IMG/VR virus record: IMGVR_UViG_3300037963_003719
Coordinates: 1 to 64,000 of that record
Reading direction: 5' to 3' (one strand)
Length of the DNA stretch: 64,000 bases
Source of the DNA: a virus
Notes under the pieces: model-generated
What the model was told of the DNA's origin: nothing
What the model saw: only the letters and a program-made list of their open reading frames with translations
Databases searched by the model: none
Shown here: positions 46,530 to 54,870 of the stretch, piece by piece
Numbering within the stretch: position 1 is the first letter of the stretch
Layout: every line of letters starts with the position of its first letter
Position numbers and translations under genes: made by a program

Positions 46530-47467
46530 TGTCAACAATAATTGGAAGACAAGACATCGGTTTATTCGATAATGGTTCCTTTGAAAGTGGAACTGTAGCT
46601 AATTTTGGTGGTGCTGGAGGATATATCTCAACAGATGATCCTAAAAGAGGAAAGTATCATTGGGAATCAAAATCTAGATCTAGTGCTAACTTTAGTCAAT
46701 ATGTAGAAGTTGACGTTGCTAAAAAATATTTGATGTCAATCTCATGTAAGACACTTGAGAGAAGCACTAGTAATTTATTGGGAAGACATTATATTGGATT
46801 TACTTGTTACGATCAATTCAAACAGTTTATTAGATTAGAGCACTGTGGAGGTGTAGGTAATACAACTCTGTCTAGAGATTTAAATCCTGGTGATAGTAAA
46901 ATGTACATAACCAGTTCTAGTGGTTGGTACACAGGAGCAGACGTAACAAATTACAGAAATTATTTTAGAAACATTGGATTATATCCACCCACCCATCCTT
47001 TGTATAGTGCCCCCCATAGATATACTAGGGTTGGAACTAGAGGTGGTGCAGTAGGTAATTCCAGAATTGAATATAGAGCAGCAGTTCAAACTAATCAAGG
47101 TGATTGGGAATTGACTTTATGCAATTCTGCTGATACCCCAACCACTTGGACTTACAATGAACCTTATCCAACTCCTGCAGGAACTCCTGTACATAGAGGA
47201 GTAGCAGGTGGTACATATAACTATGCATTTGGTAGAAGGCAATATACTGATTCTAATTGGACAACTTACCAATTAACGGTAGAAGGACCAGAAAGAAGAA
47301 ATAGTAGTAGATATTTTAGATATGATACCAAATATGTAAGGTTCATGGTTCTCTGGAATTATGCTTTAGCTTCTGGAGGTGGATCTATGCCATATCCAAG
47401 AGGTGCTTTGGATGATATTATTTTACTGGAACAAAATCCAGAAAGAAATTATAACTTTGTTTACTAA
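46529..47467 (+). CDS. Hypothetical protein, probable carbohydrate-binding jelly roll
   Basis: 312 aa, TAATG-coupled. LF.NGSFE N-terminus (CBM4/9-like), aromatic-rich, TKYVRF.V..NY near the C-terminus. Confidence 0.65.
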   Translation: MSTIIGRQDIGLFDNGSFESGTVANFGGAGGYISTDDPKRGKYHWESKSRSSANFSQYVEVDVAKKYLMSISCKTLERSTSNLLGRHYIGFTCYDQFKQFIRLEHCGGVGNTTLSRDLNPGDSKMYITSSSGWYTGADVTNYRNYFRNIGLYPPTHPLYSAPHRYTRVGTRGGAVGNSRIEYRAAVQTNQGDWELTLCNSADTPTTWTYNEPYPTPAGTPVHRGVAGGTYNYAFGRRQYTDSNWTTYQLTVEGPERRNSSRYFRYDTKYVRFMVLWNYALASGGGSMPYPRGALDDIILLEQNPERNYNFVY

Positions 47468-47473
47468 TAAATA
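47466..47473 (+). promoter_or_regulatory. T4-type late promoter
   Basis: AATAAATA 24 nt before ATG 47498. Confidence 0.7.
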
Positions 47474-47497
47474 CTTTTAGGAAAAAGACGCTTTAAG

Positions 47498-50059
47498 ATG
47501 GCAAATTCAGATAAGAATATTTTAATAACTCCTAATAGGAATCAGGCATCTGAACCTGAGATTGCTTTTGCTGGATTTGACAATCAACCTATTAATCTGA
47601 GGGTTTTAAATAATAATACTATATCATTTCAAAGCAGTGCTGGTCAATTATTTTCGGTAAGTTCAAACTTAACTGAAGGCACAATTTTTAGTGCTTCTGA
47701 TGTTTCAGGTATTCCTGGTATTAGTTTAGATGCTGATGGTATTGTTCAGTTAGCACCTTTTAGTGGTAAAGTTGCTGTTGGATTTCCAACTCCTAAAGCA
47801 ACATTAGAAGTTGCAGGTAAAGACCAAGCACCTGGTAGTGCTGCTAATACAGATACCCCAGAACCAACATTTAGAGTTACTAGGTATGATGGTGGTGATG
47901 CACGTTATTGCGTTGACTTCGGTACATATCAAGGTGGTGGATATTCTTGGGTAAGAGCAACTACTAGAAACAATTTACAGGCAGCACATAACCTTGCACT
48001 GCAACCAATTGATACTACAACTGCATCAGTATCAATTGGTCAAGCAACTGCAGATTCTAATACTAGGTTACACGTAAAAACTTACGGCAATGGTGCTAGT
48101 GCAGTTACTGCTAAGTTTGATAGTGGTACTGAGTTTGATGCTACCTCTTCTATTATGATTAGAAATAGATGTAGTTCTTATGGAAGAACTCGTATCTACA
48201 TGTATGGAAGAACTCAACAAAGTAACTCTTCTTTCTCTAATCCAAGAAACGAAATTCTTTGGTATAGAAGTTATTCAGGAACCGCTGGCAGTCCAGGTAC
48301 GGATACCTTTGCATTTAGAGACGGTGTTGAATTAACCAATAATGTTAGATTTATTGGCAACTCTAGTAATAGAGTTAACTTTGCTATTAACCAGAGTAAT
48401 AAAATTTATATTGGTAACGTTAACAACACTCTTCCAAATTTCACTAATGGTGGGGAGAATTGGGGTGGTATTGATGGATCATATCAATCAAGATCTCAAC
48501 TACTTGTTCTTAGAGGACATTTTGCCGATGGTATGTGGGCACCAGGAGTCCTGACAAACTTCTGTACATCTAGAAGTTGGAATACAGGTAGTGGCAGTTC
48601 AACAGGTCACTATGAAGGTAATTTTGGACGAAATGGTGCTGATAGTGAGCAGTCAAGACAATGGTTTGATACTCCAGGTCATGGTAGAGGTATTGTTTGG
48701 AGATGCCTGAATAATGACTCTGGATCCAACTCTGACGGTGGTTGGAACAAATACATGTATGGCGTTAACCCAGAGAAAGCATACAGATCTATTGTTTGGG
48801 TTAGAAGAAATAGTAGTGTTACCAGTGGTACATTCTATCATGGTTGTGATAATGGTACTACATCATATCTAAGTGGTAACAATGCAAACAACCCTTACTT
48901 CAACTGTTGGGGAATTGGTAACCTCGCTCAAGGTGTGTGGTATCTATCTGTTGGATATATTCACGCATATAGTGACAACTCTACTCAAACCTGGGGTGGT
49001 ATTTACGATTCTAGAACTGGTAGAAAAACTAGAAATTATAGTTCTGCAAACGGTAACTGTAACTCCGAGTACAAGTGGAGAGGTACAGGAACTTATAGAC
49101 AGAGACAGAGAGTTTATCTTTACTATTCCACAAACTCTGGTGCTGATCTGGAATTCTGGGGTCCAAGATTTGAAGAAGTCAATGGTGAAGAACCATCAAT
49201 TGGAGCACTGCTTGGCATTAATTTGGTAAGACCTGAATATATGCAAGGTATTCGTATCCAAGGTGTTAATAATGGAACTGCAACTTTCTCAAGACAAAAC
49301 CTTGAGGGTAATGGAATTGGAAGTACTGACGGAGTTGTTTATGTAAGAGACGGATCTAATTCTGACTGGGGATATATTTCTGATAAGCAAAGTTCTGGAT
49401 ATGGAATGTATATCCGAGTAGGTTCTAATGCACCATATGCTCTTGGTGTTCTTGCTAATAACTTAGGTGATTGGAGATTTAGAGTTCATGGAAATGGACG
49501 AATTTACTCTGACCAGTCAACTTCAATTTCAACAGGTGCTGACTATGCTGAATTGTTTGAGTGGCAGGATGGTAACCCAGATAAAGAAGATAGAGTTGGT
49601 CGTACAGTATCTCTTGTTAATGATCAAATTAAATTTACAGAAACTGGAGAAACTCCTATTGGTGTAATTTCTGCTAACCCTGCAGTTGTTGGTGATACTA
49701 GAGATTTCTATTGGGCAGGTAAGTATCAAACTGATCAATGGGGTAGACAGATTATGAATCAAGTACCTGCGTGGAGATGGAAGGGAGATGACGATGATAA
49801 AATTCATGAATATCGCAAGGATGAAGTTCCTGAAGATATTGTCGTACCAGAAGATGCAGAGAGCACTACTTTAGGATACCCTATTCTCAATCCAGATTTT
49901 GATACAAGTACAGAATATGTACCTAGAGATGAAAGATCAGAATGGGGATGTGTTGGACTTGTTGGTAAACTTAGAATTAAAAAAGGTGAAATTGTTGGAG
50001 ATCGTTGGTTGAAGATGAGAGATATTAATGATGATGTTGAGGAGTGGTTGGTAAGATAA
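47498..50059 (+). CDS. Tail fibre/spike with C-terminal peptidase-G2-type intramolecular chaperone
   Basis: 853 aa. MANSDKNILITPN N-terminus; C-terminal GADYAE.FEW.DGNP..EDR.G..V...IGVIS.NP..VGD...D.WG...LNPDFD...Y.PR..R.EW..VGL.GKL...KG. Confidence 0.85.
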   Translation: MANSDKNILITPNRNQASEPEIAFAGFDNQPINLRVLNNNTISFQSSAGQLFSVSSNLTEGTIFSASDVSGIPGISLDADGIVQLAPFSGKVAVGFPTPKATLEVAGKDQAPGSAANTDTPEPTFRVTRYDGGDARYCVDFGTYQGGGYSWVRATTRNNLQAAHNLALQPIDTTTASVSIGQATADSNTRLHVKTYGNGASAVTAKFDSGTEFDATSSIMIRNRCSSYGRTRIYMYGRTQQSNSSFSNPRNEILWYRSYSGTAGSPGTDTFAFRDGVELTNNVRFIGNSSNRVNFAINQSNKIYIGNVNNTLPNFTNGGENWGGIDGSYQSRSQLLVLRGHFADGMWAPGVLTNFCTSRSWNTGSGSSTGHYEGNFGRNGADSEQSRQWFDTPGHGRGIVWRCLNNDSGSNSDGGWNKYMYGVNPEKAYRSIVWVRRNSSVTSGTFYHGCDNGTTSYLSGNNANNPYFNCWGIGNLAQGVWYLSVGYIHAYSDNSTQTWGGIYDSRTGRKTRNYSSANGNCNSEYKWRGTGTYRQRQRVYLYYSTNSGADLEFWGPRFEEVNGEEPSIGALLGINLVRPEYMQGIRIQGVNNGTATFSRQNLEGNGIGSTDGVVYVRDGSNSDWGYISDKQSSGYGMYIRVGSNAPYALGVLANNLGDWRFRVHGNGRIYSDQSTSISTGADYAELFEWQDGNPDKEDRVGRTVSLVNDQIKFTETGETPIGVISANPAVVGDTRDFYWAGKYQTDQWGRQIMNQVPAWRWKGDDDDKIHEYRKDEVPEDIVVPEDAESTTLGYPILNPDFDTSTEYVPRDERSEWGCVGLVGKLRIKKGEIVGDRWLKMRDINDDVEEWLVR

Positions 50060-50069
50060 CCGACCCCCC

Positions 50070-50098
50070 TTGACAATATAAATAATTACGTCTATAAT
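50070..50098 (+). promoter_or_regulatory. Consensus sigma70 promoter with a nested T4 late promoter
   Basis: TTGACA 50070-50075, 17 bp, TATAAT 50093-50098. TATAAATA at 50077-50084 lies inside the spacer. Confidence 0.85.
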
Positions 50099-50115
50099 TT
50101 ACATTGAGTTGAACT

Positions 50116-50409
50116 ATGTCCATGTCTATTGAAGAAATGATTGAAAGCTTCAAAGAACAACAAAAAGAAGTTGTTGAAGAAGTTCGCAATCTTGAAAACA
50201 AAATTAACGGTAAGAAGGAAGATTACTTTAAACTGCAAGGTGCTATCGAAGCATTGACTATTCAGTTGAATCCTTCTGCTGGACAACCACCTGCTGGACC
50301 TGAGGATCAAACAGGTCAACCTGCAGCACAACCACCTGGCATGGAGATGCCCGATAATATTACGGACATTCCTGGAATTGATGTGATTCCAGCTGCTCCC
50401 CAAGGATGA
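50116..50409 (+). CDS. Coiled-coil protein with Pro/Gln-rich tail
   Basis: 97 aa. N-terminal heptads ending KLQGAIEAL, then PSAGQPPAGP...GQPAAQPPG. Confidence 0.75.
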   Translation: MSMSIEEMIESFKEQQKEVVEEVRNLENKINGKKEDYFKLQGAIEALTIQLNPSAGQPPAGPEDQTGQPAAQPPGMEMPDNITDIPGIDVIPAAPQG

Positions 50410-50975
50410 GTTTAAACTACATTAGAGAATACTCAATGACCTCCACTGAAATATGTGATGAAATCATTGAGTTATTCAAAAAACATGATAGAGCAGGAAA
50501 TACTAGACCAGGAGAAATTTCCAGAGGAGTAGATAAAAATACTAAAGATAGCACAGATTTAGTTCTTGGTGCTATCTTTGATAAAGATCCATATGCTAAT
50601 GCACTAGCAAATAGGTATATGGAGGTAGTTAAAAAATGCACAATGGAATATTGTGATCATTATAGATTACCAATGAAAGGAGTAAATCCTAAAACTACTC
50701 CCCAAATACAATACTATAAACCAAAAGGTGGATATAAAGAATATCATGCAGACGCTACCTTTATGGGAAATTCTTCTAGGTGTTTAGTTTACATAACATA
50801 TTTAAATGATGTTCCTAATGGTGGAACTACATTTAGAGATTGGAAATATACTACCAGATCACAAAAAGGGAACACTGTAATATTTCCAGCGTTTTTCACT
50901 CACGTCCACAAAGGTCAAATATCTAAAAAACACGAAAAGTATATCATCACTGGATGGTTACATTATACGGATTAG
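50406..50975 (+). CDS. 2OG-Fe(II) oxygenase (prolyl-4-hydroxylase-like)
   Basis: K.STD, QIQYY.P.GGY..YHAD (HxD), R.L.YI.YLNDV..GG.T.F, G..VIFPA..TH.H.G, KYIITGW. Confidence 0.92.
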   Translation: MSLNYIREYSMTSTEICDEIIELFKKHDRAGNTRPGEISRGVDKNTKDSTDLVLGAIFDKDPYANALANRYMEVVKKCTMEYCDHYRLPMKGVNPKTTPQIQYYKPKGGYKEYHADATFMGNSSRCLVYITYLNDVPNGGTTFRDWKYTTRSQKGNTVIFPAFFTHVHKGQISKKHEKYIITGWLHYTD

Positions 50976-51007
50976 TCCTCTGCTAAATAAAGTAGAGGAC
51001 TATTTTT
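50974..51007 (+). terminator. Intrinsic terminator-like hairpin with a late promoter in its loop
   Basis: AGTCCTCTGCT (50974-84), loop AAATAA, AGTAGAGGACT (50991-51001): an 11-bp stem with one G-U pair, followed by ATTTTT. CTAAATA at 50983-50989. Confidence 0.7.
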
Positions 51008-51017
51008 ATGCGTATAC

Positions 51018-51821
51018 ATGGCGCAACCTACAAGTAAAGCAGAATTGAAAGAATATTGCCTGAGGCGATTAGGTAGACCTATTCTGGAAATTAACGTTGA
51101 TGATGATCAAATTGATGATTTAATTGATGATGCCATTCAGATGTTCAATGAGCGTCACTATAATGGCACTGAGAAAATGTTCCTAAAACATCAGTTTACT
51201 GCTGATGATAAAACACGTTTTACAGGAAGTGATGAAACCCTTTCTGTTGGATCTACAGATTGGTTAGCAAGAAATAATTACATTCCTATTCCTCCTCATA
51301 TTACTGGAATCAATAAAGTATTTGGTATTAAGGGTAGTAATATTAGAAGTAATCTATTTGGACTAGAGTATCAACTGTTTCTTAATGATCTATATCAATT
51401 TGGATCTGTTGATATTTTAAGTTACTATATGGTTAAGTCATATCTAGAAACACTAGATATGGTGTTAAACAACGGAAGTTTTATTCCTTTTAGATTTAAT
51501 CAACGTCAGGATCGTCTATACATTGATACTGATACTGATTTTGTAGAAGAGGGTGCATTTGTTATTATCGACTGTTGGAGAGTTTTAGATCCCACGGACT
51601 ACACTCAAGTATATAATGATCCATTTTTAAAGAGATATACAACTGCTTTAATTAAAAGGCAATGGGGACAGAACTTAATTAAGTTCCAAGGTGCTCAACT
51701 TCCAGGTGGTATCACTTTAAATGGAAGACAAATTTATGATGATGCAGTTGCTGAGATCCAAGCGATTGAGGCAGAGATGGCATCTACATATGAAATCCCA
51801 CCACTGGACATGATCGGATAA
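51018..51821 (+). CDS. gp13: Neck protein gp13
   Basis: P.SK.ELKEYCLRRLG.P.LEINVDDDQIDDLIDDA, K.QWGQNLIKF.G.QLPGG.TLNGRQIY.DA. Confidence 0.96.
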   Translation: MAQPTSKAELKEYCLRRLGRPILEINVDDDQIDDLIDDAIQMFNERHYNGTEKMFLKHQFTADDKTRFTGSDETLSVGSTDWLARNNYIPIPPHITGINKVFGIKGSNIRSNLFGLEYQLFLNDLYQFGSVDILSYYMVKSYLETLDMVLNNGSFIPFRFNQRQDRLYIDTDTDFVEEGAFVIIDCWRVLDPTDYTQVYNDPFLKRYTTALIKRQWGQNLIKFQGAQLPGGITLNGRQIYDDAVAEIQAIEAEMASTYEIPPLDMIG

Positions 51822-51822
51822 G

Positions 51823-52707
51823 ATGGCAAAAAACACTTACTTCACTCATGGTACTAGAGAGGAGCAGATGCTCCAGCAATCCCTGGTGGATGAGTTTATT
51901 AATATGTTTGGAATTACCACTTCGTATATTCCAAGAAGATTAATTTTAAAAGATGATATTTTAAATGAAGAGGTTATCTCTGAATTTACTGATTCATTTA
52001 CTATGGAAGCATATCTTGAAAACTTTGAAGGATTCCAAGGTGCTGGAGATATTCTTACTAAGTTTGGAATTAGATCAACTGATGAAATTACTCTTGTAAT
52101 TTCTAGGCAAGCATATGATGATTTTATTTCATTACCAATGCAATTAGTTGATAATGTTCAACTACCACAAAGACCTGCCGAGGGAGATTTAATTTATTTT
52201 CCCCTATCAGATAACTTATTTGAAATTAAATTTGTAGAACATGAGGCACCATTCTATCAGTTCGGTAAACTTTTTACTTACAAACTGAAGTGTGAGTTGT
52301 TTGAATATACTAATGAAACTACAGGTGAAGGTATCTTTGATACTCAACGTGATGAAGGATTTATTGTCAAGTACTACTATGAGCAGGCAACTCTTTCTGG
52401 TCAACCAGAAGTTGGTGAGAAAGTAACAGGGTCTGCTACTGGTCTAACTGCATTTATTAATCTTTGGAATCCTCAAGAAAAATATGTTGAACTTAGAGCA
52501 CCAACAGGTAGCACTGACCATGGAGAGTTTCAGGTTGGAGAAACCCTTACAGGATCTAATAGTGGATTCTCTATAAATATTTCTAACTTCGATGAACTTG
52601 ACATGAAGGATAATTATGCTGACAATATTGATTTTGAAACCGTTGGAGACGGTATTCTTGACTTTACAGAAATCAACCCATTTGGAGAATTTGGAAATAG
52701 GAGTTAA
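51823..52707 (+). CDS. gp14: Neck protein gp14
   Basis: N.YF..GT..EQ.L...LVDE, Y.PR, KFG....DE.TLV.S, RP.EGDLIYFPL...LFEIKFVEHE.PFYQ, LDF.E.NPFG. Confidence 0.95.
   Translation: MAKNTYFTHGTREEQMLQQSLVDEFINMFGITTSYIPRRLILKDDILNEEVISEFTDSFTMEAYLENFEGFQGAGDILTKFGIRSTDEITLVISRQAYDDFISLPMQLVDNVQLPQRPAEGDLIYFPLSDNLFEIKFVEHEAPFYQFGKLFTYKLKCELFEYTNETTGEGIFDTQRDEGFIVKYYYEQATLSGQPEVGEKVTGSATGLTAFINLWNPQEKYVELRAPTGSTDHGEFQVGETLTGSNSGFSINISNFDELDMKDNYADNIDFETVGDGILDFTEINPFGEFGNRS
52572..52579 (+). promoter_or_regulatory. Possible internal late promoter for gp15
   Basis: Perfect TATAAATA inside the 3' part of gp14, about 130 nt before gp15. Confidence 0.45.
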
Positions 52708-52709
52708 TT

Positions 52710-53516
52710 ATGCTAGGAACATATAATTATAATCAGATTCTTAGAAAGTGTGTTGTTGGATTTGGCACACTTTTTAATAACCTGGAAATTCGTAAATTTA
52801 ATGAGGACGGATCAGTTTACCAAAGAATGAAAGTTCCTTTGGCATATGGTCCTAGTCAAAAGTTTTTAGCTCGTATTGAGCAACAACCAGAACTTGGTCG
52901 CCCTAATGCGATCACTCTACCACGACTGTCTTTTGAGATGACAGGCATGGAGTATGATCCATCTAGGAAACAAAGTCCAACACAGTATTGTCTCACTAAT
53001 GAGAACGCTGAAGGATTAAGAAAAACATTTATTCCTGTTCCATATAATCTTGAATTTGAATTGAATGTTCTTAGTAAAACACAAGATGATTGTTTACAAA
53101 TTGTAGAACAAATTTTACCTTTCTTCCAACCATCATTTAATTTATCAATTAAACTTGTTGAAGAAGCAAACATCATTAGAGACATTCCTATTATATTAAA
53201 TTCTATGTCATTCAACGATGACTATGAAGGGAACTTTGAAACAAGAAGAGCACTTGTATATACTATGAGGTTTACTGTAAAGACATACATTTACGGTCCC
53301 ACTACAGATACAGGTCTTATCAAAAAAGCAATTACCAAAGAGTACGGTAAGGTTGACCTTACTGCACCTGGAAGATATCGTAAGTATGAAGTTACTGCGA
53401 AAGCAAAAGTTGATAAGAACAACGACAACGTTGTTGATGCCATCGATGATTCATTACTTGTTTCTGGAGATGATTTTGGATTCAACGAAACTAGTTCTTA
53501 CTTTGAAGACCTATGA
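52710..53516 (+). CDS. gp15: Tail sheath stabiliser / tail terminator gp15
   Basis: MLG.Y.Y..I.RK..V.FGTLFN, KVPLAYGP.QKFLAR, TLPR.SFE, PVPYN, QI.EQILP.FQP. Confidence 0.96.
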   Translation: MLGTYNYNQILRKCVVGFGTLFNNLEIRKFNEDGSVYQRMKVPLAYGPSQKFLARIEQQPELGRPNAITLPRLSFEMTGMEYDPSRKQSPTQYCLTNENAEGLRKTFIPVPYNLEFELNVLSKTQDDCLQIVEQILPFFQPSFNLSIKLVEEANIIRDIPIILNSMSFNDDYEGNFETRRALVYTMRFTVKTYIYGPTTDTGLIKKAITKEYGKVDLTAPGRYRKYEVTAKAKVDKNNDNVVDAIDDSLLVSGDDFGFNETSSYFEDL

Positions 53517-53941
53517 GTGAAAATTACGAAGGAATCGAAGACGCATTAAATGTAGAAGCAGAAATTGTTCCTGCAACACCAGCGCCAAAACCAAAGAAAA
53601 GAACAGAACGTATTATTGACATCGATAAAGACGTTCAAAAAGATTATGACTATACTAGGGGTCAACTCTATGATGTCATTGAGAAGGGTCAGGAGGCGCT
53701 CTCAGGTGCCTTAGACGTGGCAAACAATACAGACCACCCTAGAGCATATGAAGTCGCTGGTCAATTAGTTAAGAGTGTTTCTGACGCTGCTGAAAAACTT
53801 ATCGATCTTCAAAAGAAAATGCAGGATCTTGAAGAAGGTCCAAAGTCAAAACAAAAAGTCACCAACAATAATGCTTTGTTTGTTGGGTCAACTGCAGAGT
53901 TGTCCAAACTTATTAAGCAAGGTCTTTTAGATAATAAATAA
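53513..53941 (+). CDS. gp16: Terminase small subunit gp16
   Basis: DY.YTRG.LY..IEKGQEA, HPRAYEVAGQL.K, NNALFVGSTAEL.K. Confidence 0.95.
   Translation: MSENYEGIEDALNVEAEIVPATPAPKPKKRTERIIDIDKDVQKDYDYTRGQLYDVIEKGQEALSGALDVANNTDHPRAYEVAGQLVKSVSDAAEKLIDLQKKMQDLEEGPKSKQKVTNNNALFVGSTAELSKLIKQGLLDNK
53933..53940 (+). promoter_or_regulatory. T4-type late promoter
   Basis: AATAAATA at the gp16 stop, 20 nt before ATG 53960. Confidence 0.65.
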
Positions 53942-53959
53942 ACATAAAGCTTTATCCCG

Positions 53960-54238
53960 ATGGTATACACAATTAAGTCCAGTGCTGTGGCACTGTCAGA
54001 CACACCAAGTACAGTAAGTAGTGCTAACAGGGTTTTACTTCAAAACACTGGAACTTCTGCTGCAGTAGTTACTATTAAAAGTGATGATACTTTTCAATCT
54101 GGTAGTGCAGCAGTTCAAGGAACTGTGTATGTCCAGGCGGGTTCTGATCTTGTAATTAAAAAAGATAGATTGTTCACTCTTGAAGTTGCAAATGGTGTTA
54201 CTACTTTATATGCAACTTCGGTAGGAGTAGAAGGATGA
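53960..54238 (+). CDS. Small beta-rich hypothetical protein
   Basis: 92 aa in the g16-g17 interval (TVSSA.RV.L.NT...G....I.K). Confidence 0.7.
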   Translation: MVYTIKSSAVALSDTPSTVSSANRVLLQNTGTSAAVVTIKSDDTFQSGSAAVQGTVYVQAGSDLVIKKDRLFTLEVANGVTTLYATSVGVEG

Positions 54239-54516
54239 AAACTTTTAAAGAATTTTGTACACAACTTGACGAGGCAGCATGGACGAAAAAATCAGGACAG
54301 AACAAAGAAGGTGGACTCAACGAGAAGGGCAGGAAGTCCTACGAGAGGGAGAACCCTGGCAGCGACTTGAAAGCACCGACCAAGAAGAAGGGCAATCCCA
54401 GAAGAAAATCCTTCTGTGCTCGGATGCGTGGAATGAAGAAAAAACTTACAAGTAAAAAAACTGCAAGAGATCCAGATAGCAGGATCAATAAATCATTACG
54501 GAAGTGGGACTGTTAA
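54235..54516 (+). CDS. Conserved basic hypothetical protein
   Basis: MKTFKEF..LDE prefix, then AAW..K.G.N..GGLN.KGR.SY..ENPGSDLKAP...RRKSFCARM.GM...SRINKSLR.W.C. Confidence 0.85.
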   Translation: MKTFKEFCTQLDEAAWTKKSGQNKEGGLNEKGRKSYERENPGSDLKAPTKKKGNPRRKSFCARMRGMKKKLTSKKTARDPDSRINKSLRKWDC

Positions 54517-54519
54517 TTT

Positions 54520-54675
54520 ATGGCGTTGACATCAACTGAAAAACTTAAGATATGCGAAGGGTGTGAATTTTATAAAAAGTCAACAAAACAATGTAGATTA
54601 TGTGGATGTTTCATGCCATTGAAAACACTTTTTCCTGGTATGAGTTGTCCTGATTCACCCCCGAAATGGCAATGA
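54520..54675 (+). CDS. Cys-rich small metal-binding protein, 51 aa (DUF6171-like; not in ORF track)
   Basis: MALTSTEKLKICEGCEFYKKSTKQCRLCGCFMPLKTLFPGMSCPDSPPKWQ*; C-x2-C...C-x2-CGCF...CP...KW. Confidence 0.8.
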   Translation: MALTSTEKLKICEGCEFYKKSTKQCRLCGCFMPLKTLFPGMSCPDSPPKWQ

Positions 54676-54869
54676 ATCTGAAAGATTATTTAAGTAGGTC
54701 AAAACCTAAAAAGAAAGTAGAGTTTACACCACCAAATAAAAAATTAGAGATCTGTAGATCATGTGATAAATTTATTCGTGCTACTCAGATGTGTAGAGTG
54801 TGTGGTTGTTTTATGCCATTAAAGGTAGTAACTCCTTTACCATGTCCTGAAAAGAAATGGATTTATTAA
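54666..54869 (+). CDS. Cys-rich small metal-binding protein (DUF6171-like), paralog of the upstream ORF
   Basis: KLEICRSCDKF..ATQMCRVCGCFMPLK....CPEKKW. Confidence 0.8.
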   Translation: MAMNLKDYLSRSKPKKKVEFTPPNKKLEICRSCDKFIRATQMCRVCGCFMPLKVVTPLPCPEKKWIY

Positions 54870-54870
54870 T

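Noticed and set aside
34380-50059. Diversity-generating retroelement or invertase tail-switching system
   Set aside because: There is no reverse transcriptase or recombinase, and I saw no near-identical template/variable or inverted nucleotide repeats by eye. The repeats are diverged at protein level. A self dot-plot would be the definitive check.
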